DNA of 64,000 bases from a virus. The translations under genes and the position numbers were made by a program. Shown one piece after another: positions 38,092 to 48,266 of the stretch; positions within the stretch are counted from its first letter, which is position 1, and every line of letters starts with the position of its first letter. Where the stretch lies: the IMG/VR virus record IMGVR_UViG_3300027863_000020, positions 86,818 through 150,817 of that record, one strand, 5' to 3'. The notes under the pieces are model-generated. The model did no database searches and had not been told where the DNA came from. It saw nothing but the letters and a program-made list of their open reading frames with translations.

Positions 38092-41000
38092 CTACCCATA
38101 TCGGAACTCCATTTCGGATTTGATCTGGACAATTTCGTTCCGCATCGTGTAATTGACGATGTTTCCGTAGCTGTCCAACATACCCGCACGAATCGCCTGT
38201 GTCAATCCATTGTGGAGCTTGAGCATCAATCCCTTGAACGAATTGGACTTGATGAACTTCTCGACATTCGATTGAGCATCGGTATCTTCCAAATATGCGC
38301 TCGATTGGAGAAGCGTATTAACCTGATCCTTGATGTCATTGATATTGAACGAACTACCATCCGCTCCAAACTCATTGAGGAACAGATTGAGGATTAGACG
38401 GTCGGTTGTGTAGAAGTCGGGCGATACCGTGTCTGCTTTCTTCTTCGCAATCGCACGGAGTTCGATGATGACATTCCGCATGACCGTGTGGTAGAACCAA
38501 CGCTCACTGATTCCACCGATCCTGTGGTGCATCTTCGATTCGGTGACCCATGCTTCATCCGCTTCTCCCTTGATAGGAGCGTTCATCCGCCAAGGGGTTC
38601 CCGTTGCAGTGACCCTCTCGAATTCGGTGATGTCGAGAAGCGCATTATACTTTCCATTGCTCCATTCATCCTTGGTCAAAGGGAATAGCTCACCGCACCG
38701 TGTCCAATCTTGGTACAGGTCATAGTAGTAGCTGTTCGCCCAATCACCCCAAGGAATAGCCTTGATGCTTTCGTGGCAATCCGTCCCTCTGCTGTTCTTG
38801 TATGGGGCGGGGATATGATCCCGCAACCCAAACGGAGTACAGGCTTCGGCAACGGGGTCTGTGGTAGGCACGGTCGTTGTCGGAATAGGGGTAGGACAAG
38901 AACAATACTTGTGATGAATCACATCGAACAACCGCTTCACTTCCTTGGTAATGGCGGTCTGGAACGCTTCCACCAAATACACCTTCGGATCGAATCCAAG
39001 ATCATTATAGACTTCGACCATATTGGTAACGACTTCGGCAATCAGTCCAAGGTTGTTTCCCAAGTTTCCAGTATCGGAGGTGAACGAAATACGAATAGGA
39101 GCCTGTGGATCGTATGGGGCGGTTTCCCATGCGGTTCCAGTCCACTTGATGTATTCCTGTGAACGGAGACCATACGGAGCAACGGAAATGATGCTTCCTA
39201 CTGTCGGGATATGGAACTGATAGTATGCGTATGAAGTCATAGTGCTTCCGTTATATGACTTCTGCCATACTTTCTGCACCAACGCATAAGACGAAGGTGG
39301 TTGATTGTTGGACGGGAAACCAGAAGGAATCGTTCCACGCAATACATACCACGCATAGGGATTCATTCCACCAAGACCGACTTCATCCGCATACCCTTGG
39401 CAATACCAATTGATCTGCGATTGGGTCGGGAACATTTCGGTGATTTCACCAAAGAAGTAATTGACACCACCATCTTGGGAAAGACGGAGTTTCTTGCCAA
39501 TCAGTTCATTGTAGTTAGCAACCGTGTATGTACCGTCTTGGGTAATCTTCCCTTCGGAATCGGGAATTACCGTGAATTGACTCGCATGAACATCGGGGTA
39601 CACACCATTCTGAAGAGCAAAGAATCGGTCATACTCATACGGAATCTGCGACATCATTTCTGGTTCGGTCATCCAGTCATTGATGACCATTCCATTGCTT
39701 GCGACTGGAATGAACTTCAGGTCGGCACGGATCACATCGGGGTTGTTCTTCGCAATGGAATTGATATGGGAAATCAACACGGGGGTATTGAAATTGACAT
39801 TCGCATCAAGGAATTCGTAGATAGCCGTTTCAACATCGGTACGGACTTTCTCAATATCGGCAAAGTCACGCACCCACACCTGTCCACCCAATTTGAACTC
39901 TTGAACAATCGGGGTGATGTACCGTGGCTTGGTTGTCAATTGTCCACGGGCTTCGAGCATAGCCGTCAATTGAGCTACTGGATGACCCTGTGGGAATTGA
40001 TCGACCATCGCAATCTGGTCATCGGTGTACGGGGGATTGGTACGATTGAAGAACTCTTCGTAGAGCTTCCGTTCATATTCCCGCATGAGAATGACGGAAT
40101 CGGCTACAAGGATGTTGAAGTACGCTTGTTCGGAATACTGGTCGTAGTCGAATCCTTCGAGCAAGCCGTTCTCATTGAGAGTCGTTGTCGTTCCATCGGG
40201 AACCGTCCCACGGATCAATTGTTTCGGAACATACCGACCATCGCTAGTCCGTTCGTAGAGATGCCCAAGGACGGAATAATAGACATGGTTCGCATACCGC
40301 CTGTTTGCCCTGTACCCGCTCTGCTGTACTTCTTCCTGTTCACCCCACGCAATCGCATGACGGACACGGAGAGGGCTTGCTAGGGAGGAAAGAAAGGTGG
40401 CATAATCGCCAAGGCCAACCAGACGGTCAAGGGAGTTGTAGATAGCAGGGGCATTGTTCTTGATTGACTCAATACTCTCCATATCCGCACCACCGCCCAC
40501 ATTCGTCCCAAGAAGAACGGTGAGCATTTGGGAGATGTCCAGAAGGTTGGGCATCGTGGCATAGATAGGATTGACGAACTGGATGGCGGTTCCACGGGAA
40601 CCCACCTCATTGGCGGTCGTTCCCTTGGTAGCCAAATACCTGATTCGGATGACATGATCGCCCTTGGGCATCATCGCAACATACCCATCGCCAAACATGA
40701 CCTCGACACCACCGCTCTTTGCTGTTCGGATCACGCACACACGGGGGATATTGTCTTCAACAAGGTCTCCATCCTCGTTGTATCGCTTGTCGTAGGTATC
40801 ACGGTACAGAGTTTCGTGATTTACCAAAGAACGCCTGTCAATCTTGTACAGGGAGCTTTCGTCATACGGGGGATCATCCACATAGGCACTGGAAACCTGT
40901 GTGAACCCACTGGAAGGTGTCCAAAGACCCGTCACCTGATTGTAGGCACGGGGGTCATTGTTGCCGAACCAGTCGGAGAATTCGGGATCATTGATCTCGT

Positions 41001-41640
41001 ACCTTTGGAAAATTTGACCAGAAATGGGATTTTCCGTGAAATTGATCGTCACTTCACGGGATTCGCCCTGAATGGCGATGGGGGTGATCTGGTCGGCTTC
41101 GGGATAGTCTGCCAATTCGGTCGCATCACGGAGAAGAAGCGTCCCATCGGTCTCTTTGGTTGCGAAAATCAAAGTTTTTGACCATAGAGGATCGGTCGGG
41201 CTGTCTTCTGCCTTGAATTTGTAGGTATAGGTCGCATCCAATACGAACGGAATCCCGTTTCTGGTCATTTTGGAGCCGATTGGGAACTGAATCGTCTTGT
41301 CGGTATAGGAAGCAACGGGCAATGCCAAATTGCCCCGCAAAACGAATTGTAGCCCCGCTGTGGCGGGTGTTGGTCGCCTGATCGAATACCCAAGGGATCG
41401 GGACCCCACGATGACACTGGATCGTAGCTTTGCAGTCTCGAAGAATCCCTCTTCCGCTCTTCGCTCGATGTAGTAGATGATGAATTCAGCGGTTGCGCCA
41501 AAGACATCGACTAGGAAGCTAACCAACTTGGAGTCAATCAGCTTTCCGAATCCGCTGTTTCTGAAATGCTCTTCGACCTGTGAAACGATCTTGTCACGAT
41601 CCACATACGCATAGTTGAGCTTGAGAGGTTGCTTTATCAT
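38092..41640 (-). CDS. baseplate wedge protein gp6 (baseplate J-like), enlarged
   Basis: EEGFFETAKLRSSV..LGYSIRRP, VMFGDG, YLATKG..AN, GGADMESIESIK.NAP, RLV...DY. Confidence 0.9.
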   Translation of the reverse strand: MIKQPLKLNYAYVDRDKIVSQVEEHFRNSGFGKLIDSKLVSFLVDVFGATAEFIIYYIERRAEEGFFETAKLRSSVIVGSRSLGYSIRRPTPATAGLQFVLRGNLALPVASYTDKTIQFPIGSKMTRNGIPFVLDATYTYKFKAEDSPTDPLWSKTLIFATKETDGTLLLRDATELADYPEADQITPIAIQGESREVTINFTENPISGQIFQRYEINDPEFSDWFGNNDPRAYNQVTGLWTPSSGFTQVSSAYVDDPPYDESSLYKIDRRSLVNHETLYRDTYDKRYNEDGDLVEDNIPRVCVIRTAKSGGVEVMFGDGYVAMMPKGDHVIRIRYLATKGTTANEVGSRGTAIQFVNPIYATMPNLLDISQMLTVLLGTNVGGGADMESIESIKNNAPAIYNSLDRLVGLGDYATFLSSLASPLRVRHAIAWGEQEEVQQSGYRANRRYANHVYYSVLGHLYERTSDGRYVPKQLIRGTVPDGTTTTLNENGLLEGFDYDQYSEQAYFNILVADSVILMREYERKLYEEFFNRTNPPYTDDQIAMVDQFPQGHPVAQLTAMLEARGQLTTKPRYITPIVQEFKLGGQVWVRDFADIEKVRTDVETAIYEFLDANVNFNTPVLISHINSIAKNNPDVIRADLKFIPVASNGMVINDWMTEPEMMSQIPYEYDRFFALQNGVYPDVHASQFTVIPDSEGKITQDGTYTVANYNELIGKKLRLSQDGGVNYFFGEITEMFPTQSQINWYCQGYADEVGLGGMNPYAWYVLRGTIPSGFPSNNQPPSSYALVQKVWQKSYNGSTMTSYAYYQFHIPTVGSIISVAPYGLRSQEYIKWTGTAWETAPYDPQAPIRISFTSDTGNLGNNLGLIAEVVTNMVEVYNDLGFDPKVYLVEAFQTAITKEVKRLFDVIHHKYCSCPTPIPTTTVPTTDPVAEACTPFGLRDHIPAPYKNSRGTDCHESIKAIPWGDWANSYYYDLYQDWTRCGELFPLTKDEWSNGKYNALLDITEFERVTATGTPWRMNAPIKGEADEAWVTESKMHHRIGGISERWFYHTVMRNVIIELRAIAKKKADTVSPDFYTTDRLILNLFLNEFGADGSSFNINDIKDQVNTLLQSSAYLEDTDAQSNVEKFIKSNSFKGLMLKLHNGLTQAIRAGMLDSYGNIVNYTMRNEIVQIKSEMEFRYG

Positions 41641-41649
41641 AAGTCCACC

Positions 41650-42402
41650 TTATTGGGCCGAAAACTTCTTTCTGTACAAATACTTCTTCTGGTTTTCACG
41701 GACATAGTACGGGATGGTGAGCACCACGCTATGCCTCTTCCTGTCAATCGTCATCGTGGCCTTGGTTCGGTCAATCGCCACACGCTTCTCATATCGGGCG
41801 ATTGATTCGATAACCCTGTCCAGAAGGTTCTCTGCCATAGCCGTGTCGATGTTGTTCCAGAGAATCCGTGGAAGCGGGGAACCATAATTGAGCCTTCTTG
41901 GGCGTTCCCCTTCGTTCGTGAATAGAATGTCTGTGATTGAGATGTCAATTGCGTTTCCATTGAGTGCTTCGCTTTCGCACATACTGTCAATGTCAATAGC
42001 CCACACATCAATACCGTCTGGCTGTTCGGCACACGATACCAAGAAGTTTTCCAATGGGAATGAACGGACACTGGCAATCAGTTCCTTCCATTCTCCACCA
42101 GAGGTTTCCTTGTACCTGAATGCCAATTGACCATATCCATCCATTCCTTCCACGGTACTGGTCGGAATATAGACCAATGCTTTGGGAATTCCACCAATCG
42201 AAGACACCACAAATTCAATCGTGGGTGTCTTATCAAGGACATAGATCGTGTCAATCACATATCCTTCGGCAATGGCATCGGAAACGCTGTCGGCTTCGAT
42301 TGAGCCGATATTGTAATGCGGAATCCCGCCAATGTCCACAACGGGGTACACTGGCTTGGTGAGATTCGTGTAGAAATATCGGTCTCTGAAGGTAATCATC
42401 AT
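41650..42402 (-). CDS. baseplate wedge gp25-like protein with N-terminal extension
   Basis: ILFTNEGERPRRLNYGS.L..ESIARYEKRV. Confidence 0.85.
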   Translation of the reverse strand: MMITFRDRYFYTNLTKPVYPVVDIGGIPHYNIGSIEADSVSDAIAEGYVIDTIYVLDKTPTIEFVVSSIGGIPKALVYIPTSTVEGMDGYGQLAFRYKETSGGEWKELIASVRSFPLENFLVSCAEQPDGIDVWAIDIDSMCESEALNGNAIDISITDILFTNEGERPRRLNYGSPLPRILWNNIDTAMAENLLDRVIESIARYEKRVAIDRTKATMTIDRKRHSVVLTIPYYVRENQKKYLYRKKFSAQ

Positions 42403-42421
42403 TCTTATTTATGGATGAGGT

Positions 42422-43360
42422 TTAGTAAGGAATCGAAGGATTCATTTCGGCAAGCATCCGCTTCAATACCCGTGGCTTGATTGAAGTCTTCACGAATGAG
42501 CACGAATTGAAAGGATCGTCTTTTCCAAGTTGCATAGCGGACTTGATAGCCATTACACGGGCATTGATTTCGTTCTCGACCTGTTTTGTCTTTGGAATGA
42601 ACTTCGCATCACTAGAATATGACGCATCCACATCAATCTCATACCCACGGGAACCACCGGGTTTCAAAAACAACTTCTTCAATACCTTGTCCCGTGCCTC
42701 GAATGATTCCTTATCGAAGTCACACACGGTAAACGCACATTTGGCAAACTTGTCGTATTCGGTAAGGACATCATAGACATATGCGCCCTCAAGAACCTCG
42801 TTGTATCCTTCAATCAAAAAATTAACGCCTTGGATCGCTTCCAACTTCTTCACGATTGGATCGAACTGTTCGTATAGGGTAGCAAGTGCTCCACCAATAA
42901 AAGCCGCAACAATAGCACCCAAGCTCATCTTGCACACATAATTGACGAACAAACCGTAGTCCTTCGTCATGGCGACTTTCTGCTCTTCCGAAATGAATGG
43001 AATCATCGCAGTAATCATCCCACGCATCTTCTCATTGAGGATCAATTCAATGAATGCTTGGCAATTGAATAGGATTTCACACCAACTGGAATCCCCGTCA
43101 TTGGAATCCAATTTGTCTTTGAGGGAGTTAAGGACTTCGCAGAATTGAACAAGCCCGTATTCAATCGGATCAATCAGTTTCCCAATTGCGGGATACGCCT
43201 GTTTTTCCAACAAGGTCATCGCACTCTTGAATGCCTTGGCTCCCAATTCGGGGGCAAGAACCGCCAACTGAATGCTTTTGTCGATCAACTCAAATGCCGT
43301 CTGAAGCATTATACACGCATAATCTTCAGGCGTTTCGGGTATTTTGGTAATGTAGTCCAT
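42422..43360 (-). CDS. late hypothetical protein
   Basis: ATAAATA 5 nt upstream of ATG. Confidence 0.65.
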   Translation of the reverse strand: MDYITKIPETPEDYACIMLQTAFELIDKSIQLAVLAPELGAKAFKSAMTLLEKQAYPAIGKLIDPIEYGLVQFCEVLNSLKDKLDSNDGDSSWCEILFNCQAFIELILNEKMRGMITAMIPFISEEQKVAMTKDYGLFVNYVCKMSLGAIVAAFIGGALATLYEQFDPIVKKLEAIQGVNFLIEGYNEVLEGAYVYDVLTEYDKFAKCAFTVCDFDKESFEARDKVLKKLFLKPGGSRGYEIDVDASYSSDAKFIPKTKQVENEINARVMAIKSAMQLGKDDPFNSCSFVKTSIKPRVLKRMLAEMNPSIPY

Positions 43361-43375
43361 ACCCTTATTTATGGA

Positions 43376-43726
43376 CTATTTGATACGCAAATACCTCTTC
43401 ACGGATCGGGTGGCCTTGTCTAGCCATTCCCTTTTCCAAATGACCTGTGATTGAACCATAGGCTTGAAGAGTTCAATTATCGGAGTAGCACTATCGACCA
43501 ATTCGGCAAGAGTGCTCAATAATTCCGAATCCTCTCTATGCCCAAGAACGACCACATTGAATATGGTATTCTTCTCGATACCGATGAACGACATTCCGAT
43601 GTCGAGAACCACTTTCTCTTCATCGGAATGTTCGACAATTCCAATGTAAACCATTTTATTGACGGTGGAATGGTTGTGAACCACGATCTTCACAACATTC
43701 CCCGTATTCAATCGCCCAAAGTTCAT
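43376..43726 (-). CDS. hypothetical protein
   Basis: ATGA-coupled to NADAR. Confidence 0.6.
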   Translation of the reverse strand: MNFGRLNTGNVVKIVVHNHSTVNKMVYIGIVEHSDEEKVVLDIGMSFIGIEKNTIFNVVVLGHREDSELLSTLAELVDSATPIIELFKPMVQSQVIWKREWLDKATRSVKRYLRIK

Positions 43727-44184
43727 TTACCTTCCTTGATAATCGAATCACGGATCAACATGAGCAATTTTCCAAGGTTGTTCTGTCCTTTGAGCGTGAC
43801 CACATCAACTCCCCAATAATGGTCTCCCCAATTGTTTCCTTCGTAGATGGGTCTTCCCTTCGTGGCTATGAGAAGTTTTCGATACTTCGGATCATTGAAC
43901 TTCTGGATGAGCAATTCCCGCATGATCTGATATTTCTTCACATCCCAATCGGAATCCACGGGTTGCTTCTTTGATGCGCCTTTCACCTCGAATGGATTGT
44001 GAGTTTGGCAATACTCCTTCCATTTAGGATCGGAGTTCTTCGCAGATTGATATGCGTTCTCGACACAAGAATAAGTAGCACCACCATAAACGATTTCCAC
44101 TGGTGCAAAGTTGGAAAGAAATCTGTACGCATTGGTAAATTGACGGATCACTTGCCATACCCCGTTGGACGATTGAGAATACAC
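43723..44184 (-). CDS. NADAR (YbiA-like) N-glycosidase
   Basis: YRFLSNF, VENAYQSAK, W...K..IM.ELLIQKF, EGNNWGDHYWG, GQNNLGKLLM.IR. Confidence 0.92.
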   Translation of the reverse strand: MYSQSSNGVWQVIRQFTNAYRFLSNFAPVEIVYGGATYSCVENAYQSAKNSDPKWKEYCQTHNPFEVKGASKKQPVDSDWDVKKYQIMRELLIQKFNDPKYRKLLIATKGRPIYEGNNWGDHYWGVDVVTLKGQNNLGKLLMLIRDSIIKEGK

Positions 44185-44426
44185 AACCTAGAATCAGTAC
44201 CATCCGTCACCGAATGAGTAAATGCGAATGGGCATTCCATTTCACAATACCGCATCGGTTGTGGCTTTGGTGCGTCCAAGATTGCGGGAACAAACCCGTC
44301 TGGATACCTGTGGCACTTCGGGTTATTCCGAATCAGTGTTTCGATGTTATGATTGACACGCTTGGCAATCGCTTCGGACTTCTTCAGCGCATTGAATTCG
44401 GCTTCGGTGAGGATGTATTGCATCAC
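44148..44426 (-). CDS. Cys-rich hypothetical protein
   Basis: GGAG RBS; C...CxxxCP...C. Confidence 0.55.
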   Translation of the reverse strand: MMQYILTEAEFNALKKSEAIAKRVNHNIETLIRNNPKCHRYPDGFVPAILDAPKPQPMRYCEMECPFAFTHSVTDGTDSRLCILNRPTGYGK

Positions 44427-44653
44427 TTCTCCACTGGATTCTTGTTTGGATCATTGGAAGGGCGTGTCCATTTGGTGTCTGGACATACCTGATTGACACC
44501 TATGCGCTTCATCACACGGTATGCTCCACACACATAGCACCATTCGATCATTCCACCCGCTATGAGCCAAGTTTTATTATGGCGACATGACTTCACAACG
44601 GTAGAAGCGACTGGCATATCTTTCGCCAATCTTCCGTATTTCGGAGCACTCAT
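44423..44653 (-). CDS. small Cys/His hypothetical protein
   Basis: CRH...WCYVCG. Confidence 0.55.
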   Translation of the reverse strand: MSAPKYGRLAKDMPVASTVVKSCRHNKTWLIAGGMIEWCYVCGAYRVMKRIGVNQVCPDTKWTRPSNDPNKNPVEK

Positions 44654-45150
44654 ATTCCAACCTTCGAGAAAAGAGTTTCTAGGTATTGAAGAGTCTTGTT
44701 CCTGATCTTCTCGGAGCGGTCTTTGTCTTCATTGACCCATACCGCATCGGACAAACCAACCTTTGTCAATTTCGGAATAGCATCGCATACTCCGACCGAA
44801 TATCCAACGGCTTGCCAAACAAGTTCACGAACTTCCGCTTTCGTAAAAGTCTTCTCTTCGTTCTTCTTTGGCCTCTTCGTTCTTACCCTGCTTTGGGTCG
44901 TATCGGGGTATGAGAATGCAAGAGCCGTTGGTTCTTCGGTTCCGTCTAATTGACGATCTGGAACCTCGACAAGAGGAACCGTTCCCGTACCGTTGCAATA
45001 GGAACACGGTAATTCCTTCTTATCTGTCCGCAATGGATAAATGGAAGGAACGGTCATCATAACAACACCACGCCCTTTACAGTTATGGCATTGTGCTTTG
45101 ATCGTATTCTTCGGGAATAATTCCATTTGTTCGAGCTTCCGTTTCGTCAT
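44650..45150 (-). CDS. protein with DnaJ-type CxxCxGxG zinc finger
   Basis: CHNCKGRG and CSYCNGTG. Confidence 0.65.
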   Translation of the reverse strand: MTKRKLEQMELFPKNTIKAQCHNCKGRGVVMMTVPSIYPLRTDKKELPCSYCNGTGTVPLVEVPDRQLDGTEEPTALAFSYPDTTQSRVRTKRPKKNEEKTFTKAEVRELVWQAVGYSVGVCDAIPKLTKVGLSDAVWVNEDKDRSEKIRNKTLQYLETLFSKVGI

Positions 45151-45152
45151 GG

Positions 45153-45869
45153 TTATGCCTCGATGATAGGCACATCGAACATGAGAACTTCTGGGTTCTT
45201 TTCCTGTCCATACATCGGGATAACTTCTGCGTACTGCTCATACAAGTCACCAAAAACCGATGGATAGTAGAAGTTGAATTCCCGAAGCATCGCCAACGCC
45301 AAGGAACGGATTTCCCGTTGGGCGTGTTTGTCACAACGGAGCTTGAAGAATGCTCTCCATTGACGGAAATTGAATGTCACCGCAACACGGGTAGATACCG
45401 CATTGGGGAGGATAGCACGGGCATCTTCGGCCTTCTTTCCACCACCGACCATTGCGAAATATCGCTGTACGATGGAATCGAAATGAGCAATCATTTCATC
45501 ATTGTAGCCATCATTGATGAAAATGATCGTGTCCTTCTTGGTGTAATTGACATACCGTTGTGATTCCTGCGAATAGGAACCGATACGGTGACGAACCAAC
45601 TGGTGAGAAGAAGCACGGGAGCAAGTGATACGGACACTGATCTTATCATGCTCAATCACACTTTCGTGACCAGACCGAACCACTCCACGGGTGAATGATT
45701 CATGCGAACCTTCTTTGGTCTTGTCATGGGACAGATAGCAAGTGCGTCCCATTTCCTCGATCAATTTTACTTGGTACATGGCATACACTTGGTATGACAT
45801 GACATCCAACGGAATCACTGGAATGATCTGGAACTGTGGATTGATAAGGGTTGCTTTCAATTCACTCAT
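45153..45869 (-). CDS. thyX: FAD-dependent thymidylate synthase
   Basis: GHESVIEH, SRASSHQLVRHR.GSYSQESQRY, EDARAILPN, LRCDKHAQREIR. Confidence 0.95.
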   Translation of the reverse strand: MSELKATLINPQFQIIPVIPLDVMSYQVYAMYQVKLIEEMGRTCYLSHDKTKEGSHESFTRGVVRSGHESVIEHDKISVRITCSRASSHQLVRHRIGSYSQESQRYVNYTKKDTIIFINDGYNDEMIAHFDSIVQRYFAMVGGGKKAEDARAILPNAVSTRVAVTFNFRQWRAFFKLRCDKHAQREIRSLALAMLREFNFYYPSVFGDLYEQYAEVIPMYGQEKNPEVLMFDVPIIEA

Positions 45870-46215
45870 CGGTGGCCTCTTCTAATAGTGGATTTGGTTT
45901 CTCTACTATTGGCCTTCCACAACTAGGACAATAGTAGTATTCGTGTGCGTTTAATGAGTTGTCTTCAATCAGGACAAATGCCCGACCGCAACTGGTATCG
46001 AAGTATTCGCCATCGAAGTCTTTTGTCCAGTCACATTGACCGACTGCGTTTGGACACGCTTTCTCGATAGCTTCGGCAATTGGAGTAGCAATATCAACAA
46101 CGCCAAATTCTTCGGTATCCCGAACCTCACATTCCTTAATGACATCAATAAGTTTTTCACGGGTCACAACTCGTTCACACATCGGGCATACCGGGCAATT
46201 GCTTGATCTCATCAC
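45862..46215 (-). CDS. hypothetical protein with zinc ribbon
   Basis: TSCG...YCPSCGRPI. Confidence 0.6.
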   Translation of the reverse strand: MMRSSNCPVCPMCERVVTREKLIDVIKECEVRDTEEFGVVDIATPIAEAIEKACPNAVGQCDWTKDFDGEYFDTSCGRAFVLIEDNSLNAHEYYYCPSCGRPIVEKPNPLLEEATDE

Positions 46216-46471
46216 TGGTCAATCGGATGAGATTTTCTGTCTTGTGATGAACGATTGTGGTGGATGTCGGCATCGACATAACACGAACCGATCCACCTTT
46301 CCCCATGTGCTCCCCAACGCAATCAACACGGGTCACGGACAACACCGCATACTTCGGATTGTTGGTCAGGTCTCCAAGGTACAGGGCGAACATGGAACCC
46401 ATCGGGTTATTGAAGAACAGGCTACCGTCCTTCAATTTGACAAGGGTATTTGGCTTTAGCTTCTGCTTCAT
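46175..46471 (-). CDS. hypothetical protein
   Basis: AAGGA RBS before MKQKLK. Confidence 0.55.
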   Translation of the reverse strand: MKQKLKPNTLVKLKDGSLFFNNPMGSMFALYLGDLTNNPKYAVLSVTRVDCVGEHMGKGGSVRVMSMPTSTTIVHHKTENLIRLTSDEIKQLPGMPDV

Positions 46472-46472
46472 A

Positions 46473-46739
46473 TCATTCCTTTGTTGGGTAGATTTCAGAC
46501 CAAGAGATAACCGTACACTTGACTCGATTATGGAGTTTGAATAGGTACTGTTCCCAAAATTCAATTGTCTCGTTCGTGACATCGTTCCCATCGGTCTTGA
46601 ATGTCGCAATATGATAAGAGTCCGTGTGAATCATGCGAATGATATGTTCACGATAAAACACACGGAACACTCTTTGACGAAGTTTTGGAACCTCTATCGG
46701 AGCATAGCCAAATAACCTTAAAATGAAGTTCATATTCAA
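46473..46739 (-). CDS. hypothetical protein
   Basis: Tiling with neighbours. Confidence 0.55.
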   Translation of the reverse strand: MNMNFILRLFGYAPIEVPKLRQRVFRVFYREHIIRMIHTDSYHIATFKTDGNDVTNETIEFWEQYLFKLHNRVKCTVISWSEIYPTKE

Positions 46740-46758
46740 CCTATCGTCAATTTGGGAA

Positions 46759-47166
46759 TCACATCATCCAAGCGGGATCAATTTCGATCTCGATGGATTC
46801 TTCTGGTTCTTCGGTGTGGTATGTCACATCGGGGACATGATTGAAGAATCCGCTATCGTCTTGGTGGACAAAGAAATCCCCCGCATATGTCCTAGCGACA
46901 ACCCGTTTGTTCGCATCGTCTCCCTGTGGAGCATCGGAGTACGGATTGAATCCGATTGGATCGAATGGAAGGGGGAAGCCCTCAAACATACCAGAAATTT
47001 CCTTAATGACCAATCCGACCTTTGGCCTGATCTTATCTTCGAGCTTGTGGATTTCCTCGATAAAGGTCTTTGCCATGATCTGCATTTCTTCTGGCATATG
47101 GACAAAATCGGCATCATAGAAACGGAGCATGGTTGTGTACTCACGCTCATTGAACATATCACGCAT
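46759..47166 (-). CDS. hypothetical protein
   Basis: Start refined to MRDMFNE. Confidence 0.55.
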   Translation of the reverse strand: MRDMFNEREYTTMLRFYDADFVHMPEEMQIMAKTFIEEIHKLEDKIRPKVGLVIKEISGMFEGFPLPFDPIGFNPYSDAPQGDDANKRVVARTYAGDFFVHQDDSGFFNHVPDVTYHTEEPEESIEIEIDPAWMM

Positions 47167-47800
47167 TCTTCCCCCATCCCATCGGGCAAGCATCATAGAA
47201 GTTGTTATACATATACCCATGATCCGTTGCTGTACGCATTTGATGGATTCCATTAACAGAGCACATCGCATCGACAATGCGCTTCTTGAGTTCAATCGGG
47301 CTAATGCTGATCGGTAATGGCTGTGGCATACCAATGATGACCATAGTGGTGCGTTCGCCATCCAAGGAACCATAATGGGCGATATTGAGGATATTGACGA
47401 TCATCTCAATATCACGGACACCAGTGTTCAATTCCGCTTCTTGTTGGATTCCTTCAACGATCTCTTCCTGTGACGGAAGAAACTCGCTCATATCGTCTTT
47501 GTCCACCAACTGTTTGGCAACGACTTCGGAGAATGGGACGGGTACTCGTATGAACGGAACACCGCTATGTTTCGTGACATCAATGAACTCGGAGAATGGG
47601 AGTTCGACCCGCAAAGGTTGTCCGGGCAAGATGATCCGTGTGGCGGTCGTACCACGGGGGAGGGCAACCGACACCTTCATCATATTGACATTGGCACGGA
47701 CTTGAACAAGATCGGACTTATCCAATGGAATTCCCAATTCCGAAAACTGGTGGGTCGTTTCGCTATGGGTCAATACGGGGAGTTCTGCAATGGTAATCAT
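47159..47800 (-). CDS. hypothetical protein
   Basis: AAGGA RBS; promoter at 47825-47853. Confidence 0.65.
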   Translation of the reverse strand: MITIAELPVLTHSETTHQFSELGIPLDKSDLVQVRANVNMMKVSVALPRGTTATRIILPGQPLRVELPFSEFIDVTKHSGVPFIRVPVPFSEVVAKQLVDKDDMSEFLPSQEEIVEGIQQEAELNTGVRDIEMIVNILNIAHYGSLDGERTTMVIIGMPQPLPISISPIELKKRIVDAMCSVNGIHQMRTATDHGYMYNNFYDACPMGWGKNA

Positions 47801-47824
47801 TTAATGTTTCCTTTGTTATCTGTA

Positions 47825-47853
47825 AATATGGGTTCAACTCTATTTTTTGTCAA
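47825..47853 (-). promoter_or_regulatory. class-2 promoter TTGACA-17-CATATT
   Basis: TTGACAAAAAATAGAGTTGAACCCATATT. Confidence 0.75.
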
Positions 47854-47855
47854 AA

Positions 47856-47884
47856 AGAAAACCCCGTATTTTCATACAGGGTCG
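47856..47884 (-). terminator. probable terminator
   Basis: GACCCCTGTATGAAAATACGGGGTTTTCTTTTT on - strand. Confidence 0.6.
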
Positions 47885-47907
47885 TAGAATAGAGAACTCG
47901 GTGTCAA

Positions 47908-48266
47908 TTACCAAATCTGGCTGTCTTCTGCCATGAACTCTTCAAGGAACTCTCCCTTGTTGAGCATCACCTGTCGAGCACGGTCATCCCAAAATTCGTC
48001 AATGTCGAATCCTTTGATGTTCGTGATAGTCAGGTCTTCGGGCAAGCCGACTTCCTTCAACCATCTCCGAATCGGCAAAACGGTCGCATCGTCCTGTACA
48101 CCTTTTTCATTGGCACGGGCGGTAAAGATGCGGACTTCGTTTCCATCACGAATCGCTTTCTTGACATGATTGACCATCTTCTCAATCGGCTTTCCGATAT
48201 GGTCGAGACCTCGCCAATGGCGTAGTGTGCAAGGGTTCCGTCTAGGTCACATCCGATAACACCCAT
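47908..48266 (-). pseudogene. HAD-family phosphatase split by a 1-nt frameshift (or assembly error)
   Basis: IGCDLDGTLAHY in one frame, HWRGLDHIGKPIEKMV..RIFTAR..FWDDRA in the next. Confidence 0.7.

Noticed and set aside
39301-41181. 360-aa and 217-aa + strand ORFs
   Set aside because: Antisense to the clearly conserved gp6
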